From assembly GCA_038320275.1 (NCBI GenBank), contig JBBQEB010000003.1, positions 11,610-75,609 of the forward strand: a DNA stretch of 64,000 bases, given 5' to 3'. The notes beneath the pieces were generated by a model. That model made no database searches, was not told the origin of the DNA, and saw nothing but the letters and a program-made list of their open reading frames with translations. Positions 1 to 8,708 of this stretch are shown one piece after another. The position numbers and the translations under genes were made by a program. The stretch is from Myxococcales bacterium (GTDB taxonomy: Bacteria; Myxococcota; Myxococcia; Myxococcales; Anaeromyxobacteraceae). Each line of letters begins with the position of its first letter. Within the stretch, counting starts at the first letter, position 1.

Positions 1-1215
1 GCCATGGTCCTCGCTTCCCTCAAGGGGAGCCACGTGCCGCGTTTCGTGGCGGCGGGGGACCTCGCTGCGCAGCCGTACCTCGTCATGGAGCGGGTGGAGG
101 GGCGCCCGCTCTCGGACTGGGCGGAGCGGAGCCCGCTGCCGGTGCCGGAGGTGGCCCAGCGCGGGGCGGCGCTCGCGCTCGCCCTGCACGACCTGCACCT
201 CCAGGAGGCAATCCACCTCGACGTGAAGCCGTCCAACGCGCTGGTGCGCCCCGACGGCGAGGTGGTGCTCATCGACTTCGGCCTCGCCCACCACGCCCAC
301 TACCCGGACCTCCTGGCGGAGGAGATCCGGCACCCGGTGGGCTCGGCTCCCTACATGTCCCCGGAGCAGGTGCTGGGGGTGCGCAGCGATCCGCGCAGCG
401 ACATCTTCGCGCTGGGGGCCGTGCTCTATCAGCTCTCGACCGGAAAGCTGCCGTTCGGCTCGCCGACCTCGCCTGCGGGGCTGCGCAAGCGGCTCTACCG
501 CGACCCGATCCCTCCCCGCACGCTCGAACCTTCCGTCCCCCCCTGGCTGCAGGAGATCATCCTGCGCTGCCTAGAGCCGGATCCCGAACGCCGCTATCCT
601 TCGGCGGCGCAGGTGGCGTTCGATCTCGTCCACCCCGACGGCGTCGCGCTCACCGAGCGCAGCACCCGGCGGCGGCGCAATGCCGGCCTTCGCGAGCTGC
701 TCCTCTGGATCCGCGCCGCCGGGTTCGAGCCCAAGGCCGCGCTCAAGCCCTCCGCGCGCCTCTCCGGGGCCACCATCATCCTCGCCGCCATCGCCACCAC
801 GCACGCCAACGAGGGCCAGGCGGAGGCGCTGCGCGAGACGGTGAAGCGGCTGCTCGCCACCGACGACGAGACGCGCCTCGCCTGCGTCACCGTCATCCGC
901 AACGCGCCGGAGCTGGGCGGGTCCTCCGAGGAAGAAACGGCGACGAGCCAGCGCATCCAGCACATGGTGCTCCTGCGCCACTGGGCGGAGCCGCTCGCGC
1001 TGCGCCAGGGCCGGGTGTCCTTCCACGCGGTGGAGTCGAGCGATCCTGCCGAAGCTCTCCTCGAGTACGCCCGGGCGAACGGCGTCGATCACATCGTGAT
1101 CGGCGGACCGCCGCCCGACATGCCGCTGAAGGGCATTCTGGGGACGGTCTCGACCAAGGTCGCGGTGGAGGCGCCCTGCACCGTGACGATGGTGCGCCCC
1201 CGCGCGAAAGCCTGA
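1..1215 (+). CDS. Ser/Thr protein kinase with C-terminal universal stress protein (USP) domain; 5' end probably outside window
   Basis: HLDVKPSN catalytic loop, DFG, YMSPE, SDIFALG; C-terminal 'VDHIVIG...LGTVSTKV..EAPCTV' USP signature; N-lobe motifs missing, so likely truncated by the window edge. Confidence 0.85.
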   Translation, partial: AMVLASLKGSHVPRFVAAGDLAAQPYLVMERVEGRPLSDWAERSPLPVPEVAQRGAALALALHDLHLQEAIHLDVKPSNALVRPDGEVVLIDFGLAHHAHYPDLLAEEIRHPVGSAPYMSPEQVLGVRSDPRSDIFALGAVLYQLSTGKLPFGSPTSPAGLRKRLYRDPIPPRTLEPSVPPWLQEIILRCLEPDPERRYPSAAQVAFDLVHPDGVALTERSTRRRRNAGLRELLLWIRAAGFEPKAALKPSARLSGATIILAAIATTHANEGQAEALRETVKRLLATDDETRLACVTVIRNAPELGGSSEEETATSQRIQHMVLLRHWAEPLALRQGRVSFHAVESSDPAEALLEYARANGVDHIVIGGPPPDMPLKGILGTVSTKVAVEAPCTVTMVRPRAKA

Positions 1216-1250
1216 TGGTGACGCGGCTGGGATGAGGCGGCCCCGCCTGC

Positions 1251-1294
1251 GAAACGAGAAAGGCCCCTCGCGCCGCGGTTGGCGCGAGGGGCCT
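1251..1294 (-). terminator. Intrinsic terminator hairpin between convergent genes
   Basis: AGGCCCCTCGCGCC / GGCGCGAGGGGCCT inverted repeat (1261-1294), followed on the minus strand by TTCTCGTTTC. Confidence 0.7.
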
Positions 1295-1323
1295 CGAAAG
1301 CCACCGGGATTGCCGGAGCGGCG

Positions 1324-3009
1324 CTACCCTTCGTGGCTCAGGTCGCGATCCTTCGTCTCGGGCATGAAGAGGACGCCGATGACGAAGGTGCCCGCGGCGA
1401 CCACGATGGGGTACCAGAGACCGTAGTAGATGTCGCCGGTGGCGGCCACCATGGCGAAGGCGATGGTGGGCAGGAACCCGCCGAACCAGCCGTTGCCGAT
1501 GTGGTACGGCAGGGACATCGAGGTGTAGCGGATGCGGGCGGGGAACAGCTCGACGAGCCAGGCCGCCATGGGCGCGTACACCATCGTGACGTAGATGACG
1601 AGCAGCCAGAGCAAGAGGATGACGGCGACGTAGTTCACCCTGCTCATGTCAGCCTTCGCCGGATACCCGGCCGCCTTGACCAACTCGCCGGCCTGCTTCT
1701 CGAAAGCAGCGCTCTTCGCCTTGAACTCCGCGGCCGGCATCGACGATCCGCTGAAGCTGGGGATGACGGTGCTGCCGATGCGGACGGAGGCGACCGTGCC
1801 CGCCGGCGCCGATTCGTTGGAGTACGCCACCGAGCGCTTCGCCAGGAACGTCTTGGCGATGTCGCAGGAGCTCGTGAACTTGGCCTTGCCGACCGGGTCG
1901 AACTGGAAGCTGCAGTTCTTGGGGTCGGCCACCACCGTGACGGGATTGGTCGCCTGGGCGTTCGCGAGAGCGGGGTTCGCGTAGCGGGTGATGCCCTTGA
2001 AGATAGGGAAGAGCGTCAGAGCGCCGAGGAGGCACCCCGCCATGATGATGCGCTTGCGGCCGATCCGGTCGGACAGGATGCCGAAGAGGATGAAGAAGGG
2101 CGTCCCGAGGGCGAGGGAGCCGGCGATGAGGAGGTTCGCGGTCTGGGGCTCGATCTTGAGCGTCTGAAGGAGGAAGAAGAGCGCGTAGAATTGGCCCGTG
2201 TACCAGATGACCGCCTGCCCGGCGACGCCACCGAAGAGCACGAGCAGCACGATCTTGAGGTTGCCCCAGCGCAGGAAGGACTCGGTGAGGGGCGCCTTCG
2301 AAGATTTGCCCTCCGCCTTCATGCGCTTGAACACCGGCGACTCGTTGAGCTGAAGCCGGATGTAGACCGACACCGCCAGCAGGAGGACGGAGAGCAGGAA
2401 CGGGATGCGCCAGCCCCAGCTCTCGAAGGCCTCGGTGCCCAGCGCGGTCCGGGTCGTGAGGATCACGAGGAGCGAGATGAAGAGCCCCAGCGTGGCGGTG
2501 GTCTGGATCCAGCTCGTGAACTCGCCGCGGCGGCCGGGCGGCGCGTGCTCGGCGACGTAGGTGGCGGCGCCGCCATACTCGCCGCCGAGCGCGAGGCCCT
2601 GCAAGAGGCGCATGCCGATGAGGATAATGGGGGCCGCGACGCCGATGGTGGCGTGCGAGGGGAGCATGCCCACCACCGCGGTGGAGCCGCCCATGATGAG
2701 GATGGTGATGAGGAAGGTGTGCTTGCGGCCGATCATGTCGCCGAGCCGGCCGAACACGAGCGCGCCGAAGGGCCGGACCGCGAACCCTGCGGCGAAGGCG
2801 AGGAGCGCGAAGATGAACGAGGTGGTCTCGTTCACGGCCGCGAAGAACTGCTTGCTGATGATCGCCGCGAGCGATCCGTAGAGATAGAAGTCGTACCACT
2901 CGAAAACGGTGCCGAGCGAGGAGGCGAAGATGACTTTCTTCTCCTCGGCCGTGATCGCTGCGCGTGGCGCGGGCGACCCCAATTTCGGGGTCGCTGCTGT
3001 CGTGGCCAT
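1324..3009 (-). CDS. MFS transporter, metabolite:H+ symporter (MHS) family
   Basis: ASSLGTVFEWYDFYLY, GDMIGRK, RLLQGLALGGEYGGA, WGWRIPF, ELFPARIRYT; ATG 3009 preceded by GGAGG. Confidence 0.92.
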   Translation of the reverse strand: MATTAATPKLGSPAPRAAITAEEKKVIFASSLGTVFEWYDFYLYGSLAAIISKQFFAAVNETTSFIFALLAFAAGFAVRPFGALVFGRLGDMIGRKHTFLITILIMGGSTAVVGMLPSHATIGVAAPIILIGMRLLQGLALGGEYGGAATYVAEHAPPGRRGEFTSWIQTTATLGLFISLLVILTTRTALGTEAFESWGWRIPFLLSVLLLAVSVYIRLQLNESPVFKRMKAEGKSSKAPLTESFLRWGNLKIVLLVLFGGVAGQAVIWYTGQFYALFFLLQTLKIEPQTANLLIAGSLALGTPFFILFGILSDRIGRKRIIMAGCLLGALTLFPIFKGITRYANPALANAQATNPVTVVADPKNCSFQFDPVGKAKFTSSCDIAKTFLAKRSVAYSNESAPAGTVASVRIGSTVIPSFSGSSMPAAEFKAKSAAFEKQAGELVKAAGYPAKADMSRVNYVAVILLLWLLVIYVTMVYAPMAAWLVELFPARIRYTSMSLPYHIGNGWFGGFLPTIAFAMVAATGDIYYGLWYPIVVAAGTFVIGVLFMPETKDRDLSHEG

Positions 3010-3154
3010 GGTTCTTCCTCCGGACCAGGTGGCGTGCGGGACGGCAATGGACAAATGCGGCGGAGCCACTTGGTACTCTCAGATCGGGGAGCGATGCGAG
3101 GACCCTTTTGGCTCCCCTCGCTTGACTTGTGGTCAATCCCGATTACGCTGCGCG

Positions 3155-4333
3155 TCAATGACCGGTTGCGTCAAGCCGGGCCGGACGCCCCAGACGGAAC
3201 GTCAGGAGCGTGATCGCGAGGAGCGCTCCCTCGACGGCGGCAGCGCCGCCGAAGAGCGGTCCAACGCCTCCCCACCGGTCATACCCGAGCCCTGACAGCC
3301 GGTAACCCAGGGCGTTCCCGCCCCCGAACACCACTGCCGCATAGAGCGCCTGACCTGTGGCCCGGAGGGGTGCGGGCACCAGCGCCGACAGCGCGCGGAC
3401 GCTCGCGCCCCAGAAGACGCCGAACGTGAGCCCGTGGAAGAGCTGGAGGAGGACGATGGCCATCGCGCCGCTCGCGCGAGAGAGAAGCCACCATCGAGCG
3501 GTGCTCCCCGCAAAGGCCAGCGCGAAGAGCGCGCGCGTGCCAACCGCGCGCGCGAGCCGCGGAAAGGCGAGGAGGGCCAGCACCTCCGCGCCCACCCCCG
3601 CGGTCATGGAGAGGCCTGTCACCGACGCAGGCAGCCCGCTGTCGCGCACGAACACGCCGAAGAGCAGGTGGTACGGCGCGCAGGCCGCCCAGTGCACGGC
3701 GCACGCGCCGAGGAGCGGGAGAAGTTGCCGGTCCCGCAGGAGGTCGAGCGCCTCCCGGAGCCGCGGCCTGGCTGGGGCGACGGGTGCGGAGGGGACATCG
3801 CGTGCCGCGACCGCGTACCCGACGGCGCAGGCGGCCATCGCGAGGGGAACGAGCAGGTCCCCCGGACGGTCGCCGCGGAGGGCGAGCGCGATACCGAGCG
3901 ATTGCGCGAGCGCGATGAACCCCAGCGAGCCGAAGACCCGGATGGCGGCGTACGAGAGCCCCGGACGGTCCTTCAGCCACTCGATGCAGATCGAATCGGC
4001 GAGCGGCACCACCGCGCTGGCGGCGAGCGCCTGTGCGAGGAGCACCCCCGCCACCGCGAGCGGCGTGCGAGAGAAGGGCAGGGCCAGTGCAGCCGCCGCC
4101 GAGAGGGCGGTTGCGAGCCGGAGCGCACGCGCCGGGGCGCGCAGCCGATCGGCGAGGCTGGCCCAGGCAAGCGCCACCGGGCCGGTGACCACGGGCCCCA
4201 GCGACTGGACGAGGCCGATCTGATCTCCCGTGAAACCGACGCCGCGAAGGTAGGGCGCGAAGTAGGGCAGGTTCGCGCCCACCGCGCCGTAGTAGAGGAA
4301 ATACAGGACGCGCAGGCGGGTCGCGGGCTGCAT
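3155..4333 (-). CDS. MFS transporter (MFS_1_like, HcaT/nucleoside permease-like)
   Basis: YFLYYGAVG..PYF..YL, RVFGSLGF, QLFHGLTFG, RATGQALY; about 12 hydrophobic segments. Confidence 0.8.
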   Translation of the reverse strand: MQPATRLRVLYFLYYGAVGANLPYFAPYLRGVGFTGDQIGLVQSLGPVVTGPVALAWASLADRLRAPARALRLATALSAAAALALPFSRTPLAVAGVLLAQALAASAVVPLADSICIEWLKDRPGLSYAAIRVFGSLGFIALAQSLGIALALRGDRPGDLLVPLAMAACAVGYAVAARDVPSAPVAPARPRLREALDLLRDRQLLPLLGACAVHWAACAPYHLLFGVFVRDSGLPASVTGLSMTAGVGAEVLALLAFPRLARAVGTRALFALAFAGSTARWWLLSRASGAMAIVLLQLFHGLTFGVFWGASVRALSALVPAPLRATGQALYAAVVFGGGNALGYRLSGLGYDRWGGVGPLFGGAAAVEGALLAITLLTFRLGRPARLDATGH

Positions 4334-4420
4334 GTTCGGCGTGGGTCGTACCACGGCTTCGGGGCGGCAGCCGTCCCGCGCCGCGGGCGCGCGCGCTCGG
4401 GCGGGTTACATCACGCGCCC

Positions 4421-4873
4421 ATGCGACCCGAACACGAGAGCGCGCTCGCGGAGGTGCGCGTCCTCACCCGCCAGGGTGGGCTGCGCGACGGGGTCCTGGC
4501 CGGCGCTGCCGCAGTCCTGCAGCGGCTGCCGCGCTACACCGGCGTGTACCTCTACGCTCTCGAAGGCGACGAGCTCGTCCTGCGCGCGCACGCTGGCCGT
4601 GACACGCAGCACCTGCGCATCCCGGTGGGCCAGGGGCTGTGCGGGCTTTCGGCGCGCACCAAGGGGGTGGTGGTGGTGGACGACGTCACGGCCGACGCGC
4701 GCTACCTCGCCTGCAACGTCGAGACGCGCTCCGAGATCGTGCAGCCCGTCCTGCGCGGCGACCTGTACCTGGCCCAGATCGACGTGGACTCGGACGAGCC
4801 CGGCGCGTTCGGGAGGGAGGACCGGGCCTTCCTCGCCCAGGTGGCCCTGGAGCTCGAGGGGCTGTTCCGTTGA
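4421..4873 (+). CDS. GAF-domain protein, free methionine-R-sulfoxide reductase (MsrC)-like
   Basis: RIPVGQGLCG, YLAC...TRSEIV.P, IDVDS motifs. Confidence 0.75.
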   Translation: MRPEHESALAEVRVLTRQGGLRDGVLAGAAAVLQRLPRYTGVYLYALEGDELVLRAHAGRDTQHLRIPVGQGLCGLSARTKGVVVVDDVTADARYLACNVETRSEIVQPVLRGDLYLAQIDVDSDEPGAFGREDRAFLAQVALELEGLFR

Positions 4874-5916
4874 GCGCGAGCGCGAGCGCGGCCGGGATGG
4901 TGCTCTGCGCCGGCCTCGGCACGCGCCTGCGCCCACTCACCGACCTCCTCCCCAAGCCCGCCGTGCCGCTCTGTGGGCTTCCGCTGGTGCGCTATGCGCT
5001 CGCGCTCCTCGCCGGGGCGGGAGTCGGCCGCGCGCTGGTCAACGTGCATCACCTGCCCGACGCCATGGACGCCTCGGCCCGGGCGTCGGCGCAGGCGCTC
5101 GGCCTCGAGCTCGCGGTGGCGCGCGAGCCGGTCATCACCGGGACGGGCGGCGCCCTGCGAGCGGCGCGCGAGGCGCTCGCGGGCGCGAGCGCGATCGTCG
5201 TGATGAACGGCGACATCCTGTTCGACCTCGACGTGGGGGAAGCGCTGGCGGCGCATCGCGCGTCGGGCGCGCTCGCCACCATGGTGCTCATGCGGATGCC
5301 CGACGGGGCCCGGTACGCCGCCGTGGAGACGGACCCCTCGGGAGCCGTGCGGCGCATCGCGGGGCGCTTCGGCCCAGGTGGGGCAACGCTCCATCCCTGG
5401 CACTTCACCGGCGTTCATGTCGTCTCCTCCGCGCTCCTCGAGCACATCCCCGACAGCCCGCTCGAGCTCGACGTGAACAGGCACGTCTACCCTCCGCTCA
5501 TGGCGAGCGGGCTGGTTCGGGGCCACGTGGTGAACGGCGGCTGGAGCGATCTTGGCACGCCGGCGGACTACCTCGCGGCGAACCGCGACGTGCTCGCGGG
5601 GCGGGTGAAGCTGGGGAGGTTTCCCGGAGCGAGCCCGTTCGCCGGGCTGGTGGAGCACCTCCCGGGAGCGTGGGTCGCGGAGGATGCGGAGGTCGCCGGG
5701 GAGGGGGGCCTGCGTGGCCCGTGCATCGTGCGCGCGGGGGCGCGGGTGGGGGCGGGAGCGGTGGTTGGACCGGGCGCGGTGGTGGGCGAGCGCTGCACGG
5801 TGTCGGCGGGGGCGCGGGTGGAGAACGCGGTCCTGTGGGACGAGACGGAGCTCGCGCGCGGGGAAGCGGTCGTGGGCGCGATCGCCGCCGGCGGGCTTCG
5901 GGTGGGGGCGGGGTAG
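4870..5916 (+). CDS. NDP-sugar pyrophosphorylase / mannose-1-phosphate guanylyltransferase-like nucleotidyltransferase
   Basis: LCAGLGTRLRPLT..LPKP, GTGGA, NGD, WSDLGTP, C-terminal hexapeptide repeats; TTG start overlaps upstream TGA (alternative ATG 4897). Confidence 0.85.
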   Translation: MSASASAAGMVLCAGLGTRLRPLTDLLPKPAVPLCGLPLVRYALALLAGAGVGRALVNVHHLPDAMDASARASAQALGLELAVAREPVITGTGGALRAAREALAGASAIVVMNGDILFDLDVGEALAAHRASGALATMVLMRMPDGARYAAVETDPSGAVRRIAGRFGPGGATLHPWHFTGVHVVSSALLEHIPDSPLELDVNRHVYPPLMASGLVRGHVVNGGWSDLGTPADYLAANRDVLAGRVKLGRFPGASPFAGLVEHLPGAWVAEDAEVAGEGGLRGPCIVRAGARVGAGAVVGPGAVVGERCTVSAGARVENAVLWDETELARGEAVVGAIAAGGLRVGAG

Positions 5917-6036
5917 GGTCGCGGTCGAGGTCGAGGTCGGAGTCGCGGTCGCGGTCAGGGTCGCGGTCGAGGTCGGGGTCGCGGTCGAGGTCGAGGTCGG
6001 GGTCGGGGTCGCGGTCGGGTTCGGCGTCGGGGTCGC
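5917..6036. repeat. Degenerate hexanucleotide tandem repeat GGTCG(C/A/G), about 20 units
   Basis: Read directly; fills the gap between two convergent stop codons. Confidence 0.9.
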
Positions 6037-6042
6037 CCGCTC

Positions 6043-6981
6043 CTATGGCATCACGATCTTCACCGCGGGCCCCGTCCGGATGCGCGCCTGTTCTCGCGCC
6101 TGGTACAGGTCGCCATCGAGCGTGATGCGCACCGCTCCTTCCAGGAGAAGGTCGCGGGTGACCGCGTCCACGGCCAGCGATCTCTTCCACGGGCGGCCGA
6201 AGAAGATGCGCGGCAGCCGCGCCGCCACCTGCAGGGTCGTGCCGGTCACGCCCACGGCGTGGAAGAACCCCGGCTGCTCATCGCAGCGCGCGAGCGGCGC
6301 GAAGCCGAAGCCGATCTCCGGCACGGCGCCGGCGAGCACCGCCAGGTACGGCGCGTCCGGCCACTCGTCGCCGTCTGCCGTCACCCGCAGCCTCTCCCGC
6401 GTCGTGAGCGCCGTGGCGAAGCGCCCGCGCACGAGCGCCGAGCCGATCGCGCGGGCGAGCAGGGCGGCCGCGGTCGATGGCGTGGGCCGGCCGGTCCGGT
6501 AGTACGCGTCGAGGAAGGTGACGACCATCCCCGTGCCGAAGATGAAGCCCAGCAGCGGCGCGCCTCCGTCGAGCTCCACCGAGAGCAGATCCCGCTCGGC
6601 CGTGCGGAGCGGCACGCCGGACCGCCTCCGCTCCAGGATGGCACGCAGGATCGACTCCGGCCCGCCGTGAAGGCCGTGCGCGTCCGCGACGGTGTTCATC
6701 GAGCCGCCGCGCAGGAGCGCCACCGCCGGCAGCGGCCCTCCCGCCGCGGCCCGCGCGAAGGCGGTCAGGACGATGTGCGCGGTGCCGTCCCCCCCGTTGA
6801 TCCCCAGCACGTCCACGTCGCGTGCCCGGAAGCGGCGCACCACCTCCGCCAGCTCCTCGTGCGTGGAGGCGTCCGCCACCTCGCCGTCGTCGCGCAGCAG
6901 GACCCGAAGCCGGCGCGCCGTTCCCGGCGCGCGCTGGTTGCGCCGCGAGCGGGGGTTGTTCACGATGCCGATGCCGGCCAT
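6043..6981 (-). CDS. Diacylglycerol kinase catalytic-domain family lipid kinase
   Basis: IVNNPRS, NGGDGT, LRGGSMN, LDGD motifs. Confidence 0.85.
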   Translation of the reverse strand: MAGIGIVNNPRSRRNQRAPGTARRLRVLLRDDGEVADASTHEELAEVVRRFRARDVDVLGINGGDGTAHIVLTAFARAAAGGPLPAVALLRGGSMNTVADAHGLHGGPESILRAILERRRSGVPLRTAERDLLSVELDGGAPLLGFIFGTGMVVTFLDAYYRTGRPTPSTAAALLARAIGSALVRGRFATALTTRERLRVTADGDEWPDAPYLAVLAGAVPEIGFGFAPLARCDEQPGFFHAVGVTGTTLQVAARLPRIFFGRPWKRSLAVDAVTRDLLLEGAVRITLDGDLYQAREQARIRTGPAVKIVMP

Positions 6982-7079
6982 GGCCGCGGAATGTGGGCCC
7001 CCGGGTCCTCCGGGGTCAACGCCAAAGCGCCGGCTTGTGATCGCGCCTTGCACGGCGGGTGATTAGGAGTACGGCGAAG

Positions 7080-8690
7080 ATGAGCCTCCTCAGGAGACCG
7101 GGCGAGCTCGCCGAGGTGCCGCTCGCGGCCATCCTCCTGGAGGCGCTCCACGAGCGCGCGACGGGCGTGCTCACGATCGAGCACGCAGGCGCGATCTCCC
7201 GCGTCTACCTGTGCGAAGGGCTCACGATCGCGGCCCAGTCGTCCTCAGCGTTCCTCCCGCTTGGCCGCGCGCTGCTGGACGCGGGCCTCATCGACATGGC
7301 GGCGCTGACCGGCAGCCTGGAGGAGCTGGCGCGCACAGGCAGGCCTCAAGGCCTGATCCTGGTGGAGCAGGGGGCCGTCACCGCGCGGCAGGTGGAGGAG
7401 GCGCTGGCAGAGCAACAGGAGCGCTATCTGATGCACGTGGTGGCCCTCGCGCGCGGGACCTTCCGCTTCGACGGAGCGCTGCCGCTTCCGGCCTGGACGG
7501 CGGAGCTCCGCGCTCCGCCGCTGCGCGCCATCGTGCTCGCGCTGGAGACGCCCCAGGCCTTGTCGCTGGTCGTGGCCGCGCTCCAGCCCGTCGCAGGCGA
7601 CGCGGTCGGGCTCACGGCTCGCTACGTGGAGGCGAGCACTTCGTTCGGCTGGAGCCCGGCCGAGGCGGCGCTGGTTGCCAGGATGCAGGATGGAGCCTCC
7701 CTGGACGCGCTCCTGGCTGGGCCCGAGCTCGCGCCCGAGCGCGCACGGGCAGTCGTGGCCGCGCTCCTGCTCCTCGACTTCGCCGCTGCGCGACCGCGGA
7801 CCTCAGGGAGCGTGGCGACGGAGCCCCCGCTCCTGCTCGCTCCTGCCTCGTCCGCTCCGGAGCGCCCGCCCCCGCTGCCGCCCCCCAGGCCGGCAGCGCC
7901 CCCCCACCCCCTCCGCCGGAGCGATCCCGAGGAGGCCCGCCTCCGGCGCCGGCGCCTCCTCGCGACAGGGATGCGGAACACGGGCGTGGGGCCCCTCGCC
8001 GCTCGAGCCTCGCCTCCTCCCGGGCGGCCGCCCGGCCCGGAGCTCGAGCCCGCCCGGCCCGTACCCGCCGCGGTCCCCCCGAGCGCGCCAGCGCCGGACG
8101 ATGCCGAGCTGGAAGCGCGGCGCGCCTACGCGGCCGCCGCCCCGCGCGCCCGCTCGGAGGACTTCTTCGAGCGGCTCGGGCTCGACCGCTCTGCCTCGCG
8201 CGAGGCGGCGAAGGCCGCCTACTTCAAGCTCGCGAAGACGTTGCACCCCGACCGCTTCGCGTCGCCCGCGCTGGCCGACCTGGCCCCCGGCGCGCGCGAG
8301 CTCTTCGCCGCGCTCAACGAAGCCTACGAGGTCCTCTCCGACGACCTTCGCAGGGGCGAATACCTCCTCCGGCAGGGCGCGGAGGCGAAGGCGGGCGCGC
8401 GCGCGTCGGAGGAGCTCGAGCGGGCCGAGGCGTGCCTGCGCACGGGCGACCTCGCGCGGGCCCGCCGCCACTGCGAGGCCGCCCTTCGCGCCGATCCGCG
8501 CCCGGAGGTGCAGGCGGCGCTCGCGTGGGTGCTCGCCGCCGATCCGCGCACCTCCGACCGGCGGCGGGCCCGGGAGCTTGCCTCCGCGGCCTTGAAAGCC
8601 GGCCCCAACGATCGAGCCCGTGCCGTGCTGGCTCAGCTCGCCCGTGACGAGGGCGGCGAGGATCCGCTGCGTGGACGGCGCGAGCCTTGA
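7080..8690 (+). CDS. DUF4388-like N-terminal domain, J domain and TPR protein (myxobacterial type)
   Basis: TGVLTIE/G..LVEQG N-domain, Pro-rich linker, DFFERLGL...AYFKLAKTLHPDRF...NEAYEVLSD J domain, TPR-like helices; AGGAG RBS. Confidence 0.8.
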   Translation: MSLLRRPGELAEVPLAAILLEALHERATGVLTIEHAGAISRVYLCEGLTIAAQSSSAFLPLGRALLDAGLIDMAALTGSLEELARTGRPQGLILVEQGAVTARQVEEALAEQQERYLMHVVALARGTFRFDGALPLPAWTAELRAPPLRAIVLALETPQALSLVVAALQPVAGDAVGLTARYVEASTSFGWSPAEAALVARMQDGASLDALLAGPELAPERARAVVAALLLLDFAAARPRTSGSVATEPPLLLAPASSAPERPPPLPPPRPAAPPHPLRRSDPEEARLRRRRLLATGMRNTGVGPLAARASPPPGRPPGPELEPARPVPAAVPPSAPAPDDAELEARRAYAAAAPRARSEDFFERLGLDRSASREAAKAAYFKLAKTLHPDRFASPALADLAPGARELFAALNEAYEVLSDDLRRGEYLLRQGAEAKAGARASEELERAEACLRTGDLARARRHCEAALRADPRPEVQAALAWVLAADPRTSDRRRARELASAALKAGPNDRARAVLAQLARDEGGEDPLRGRREP

Positions 8691-8708
8691 CCCGCACCGC
8701 GATCCGGG

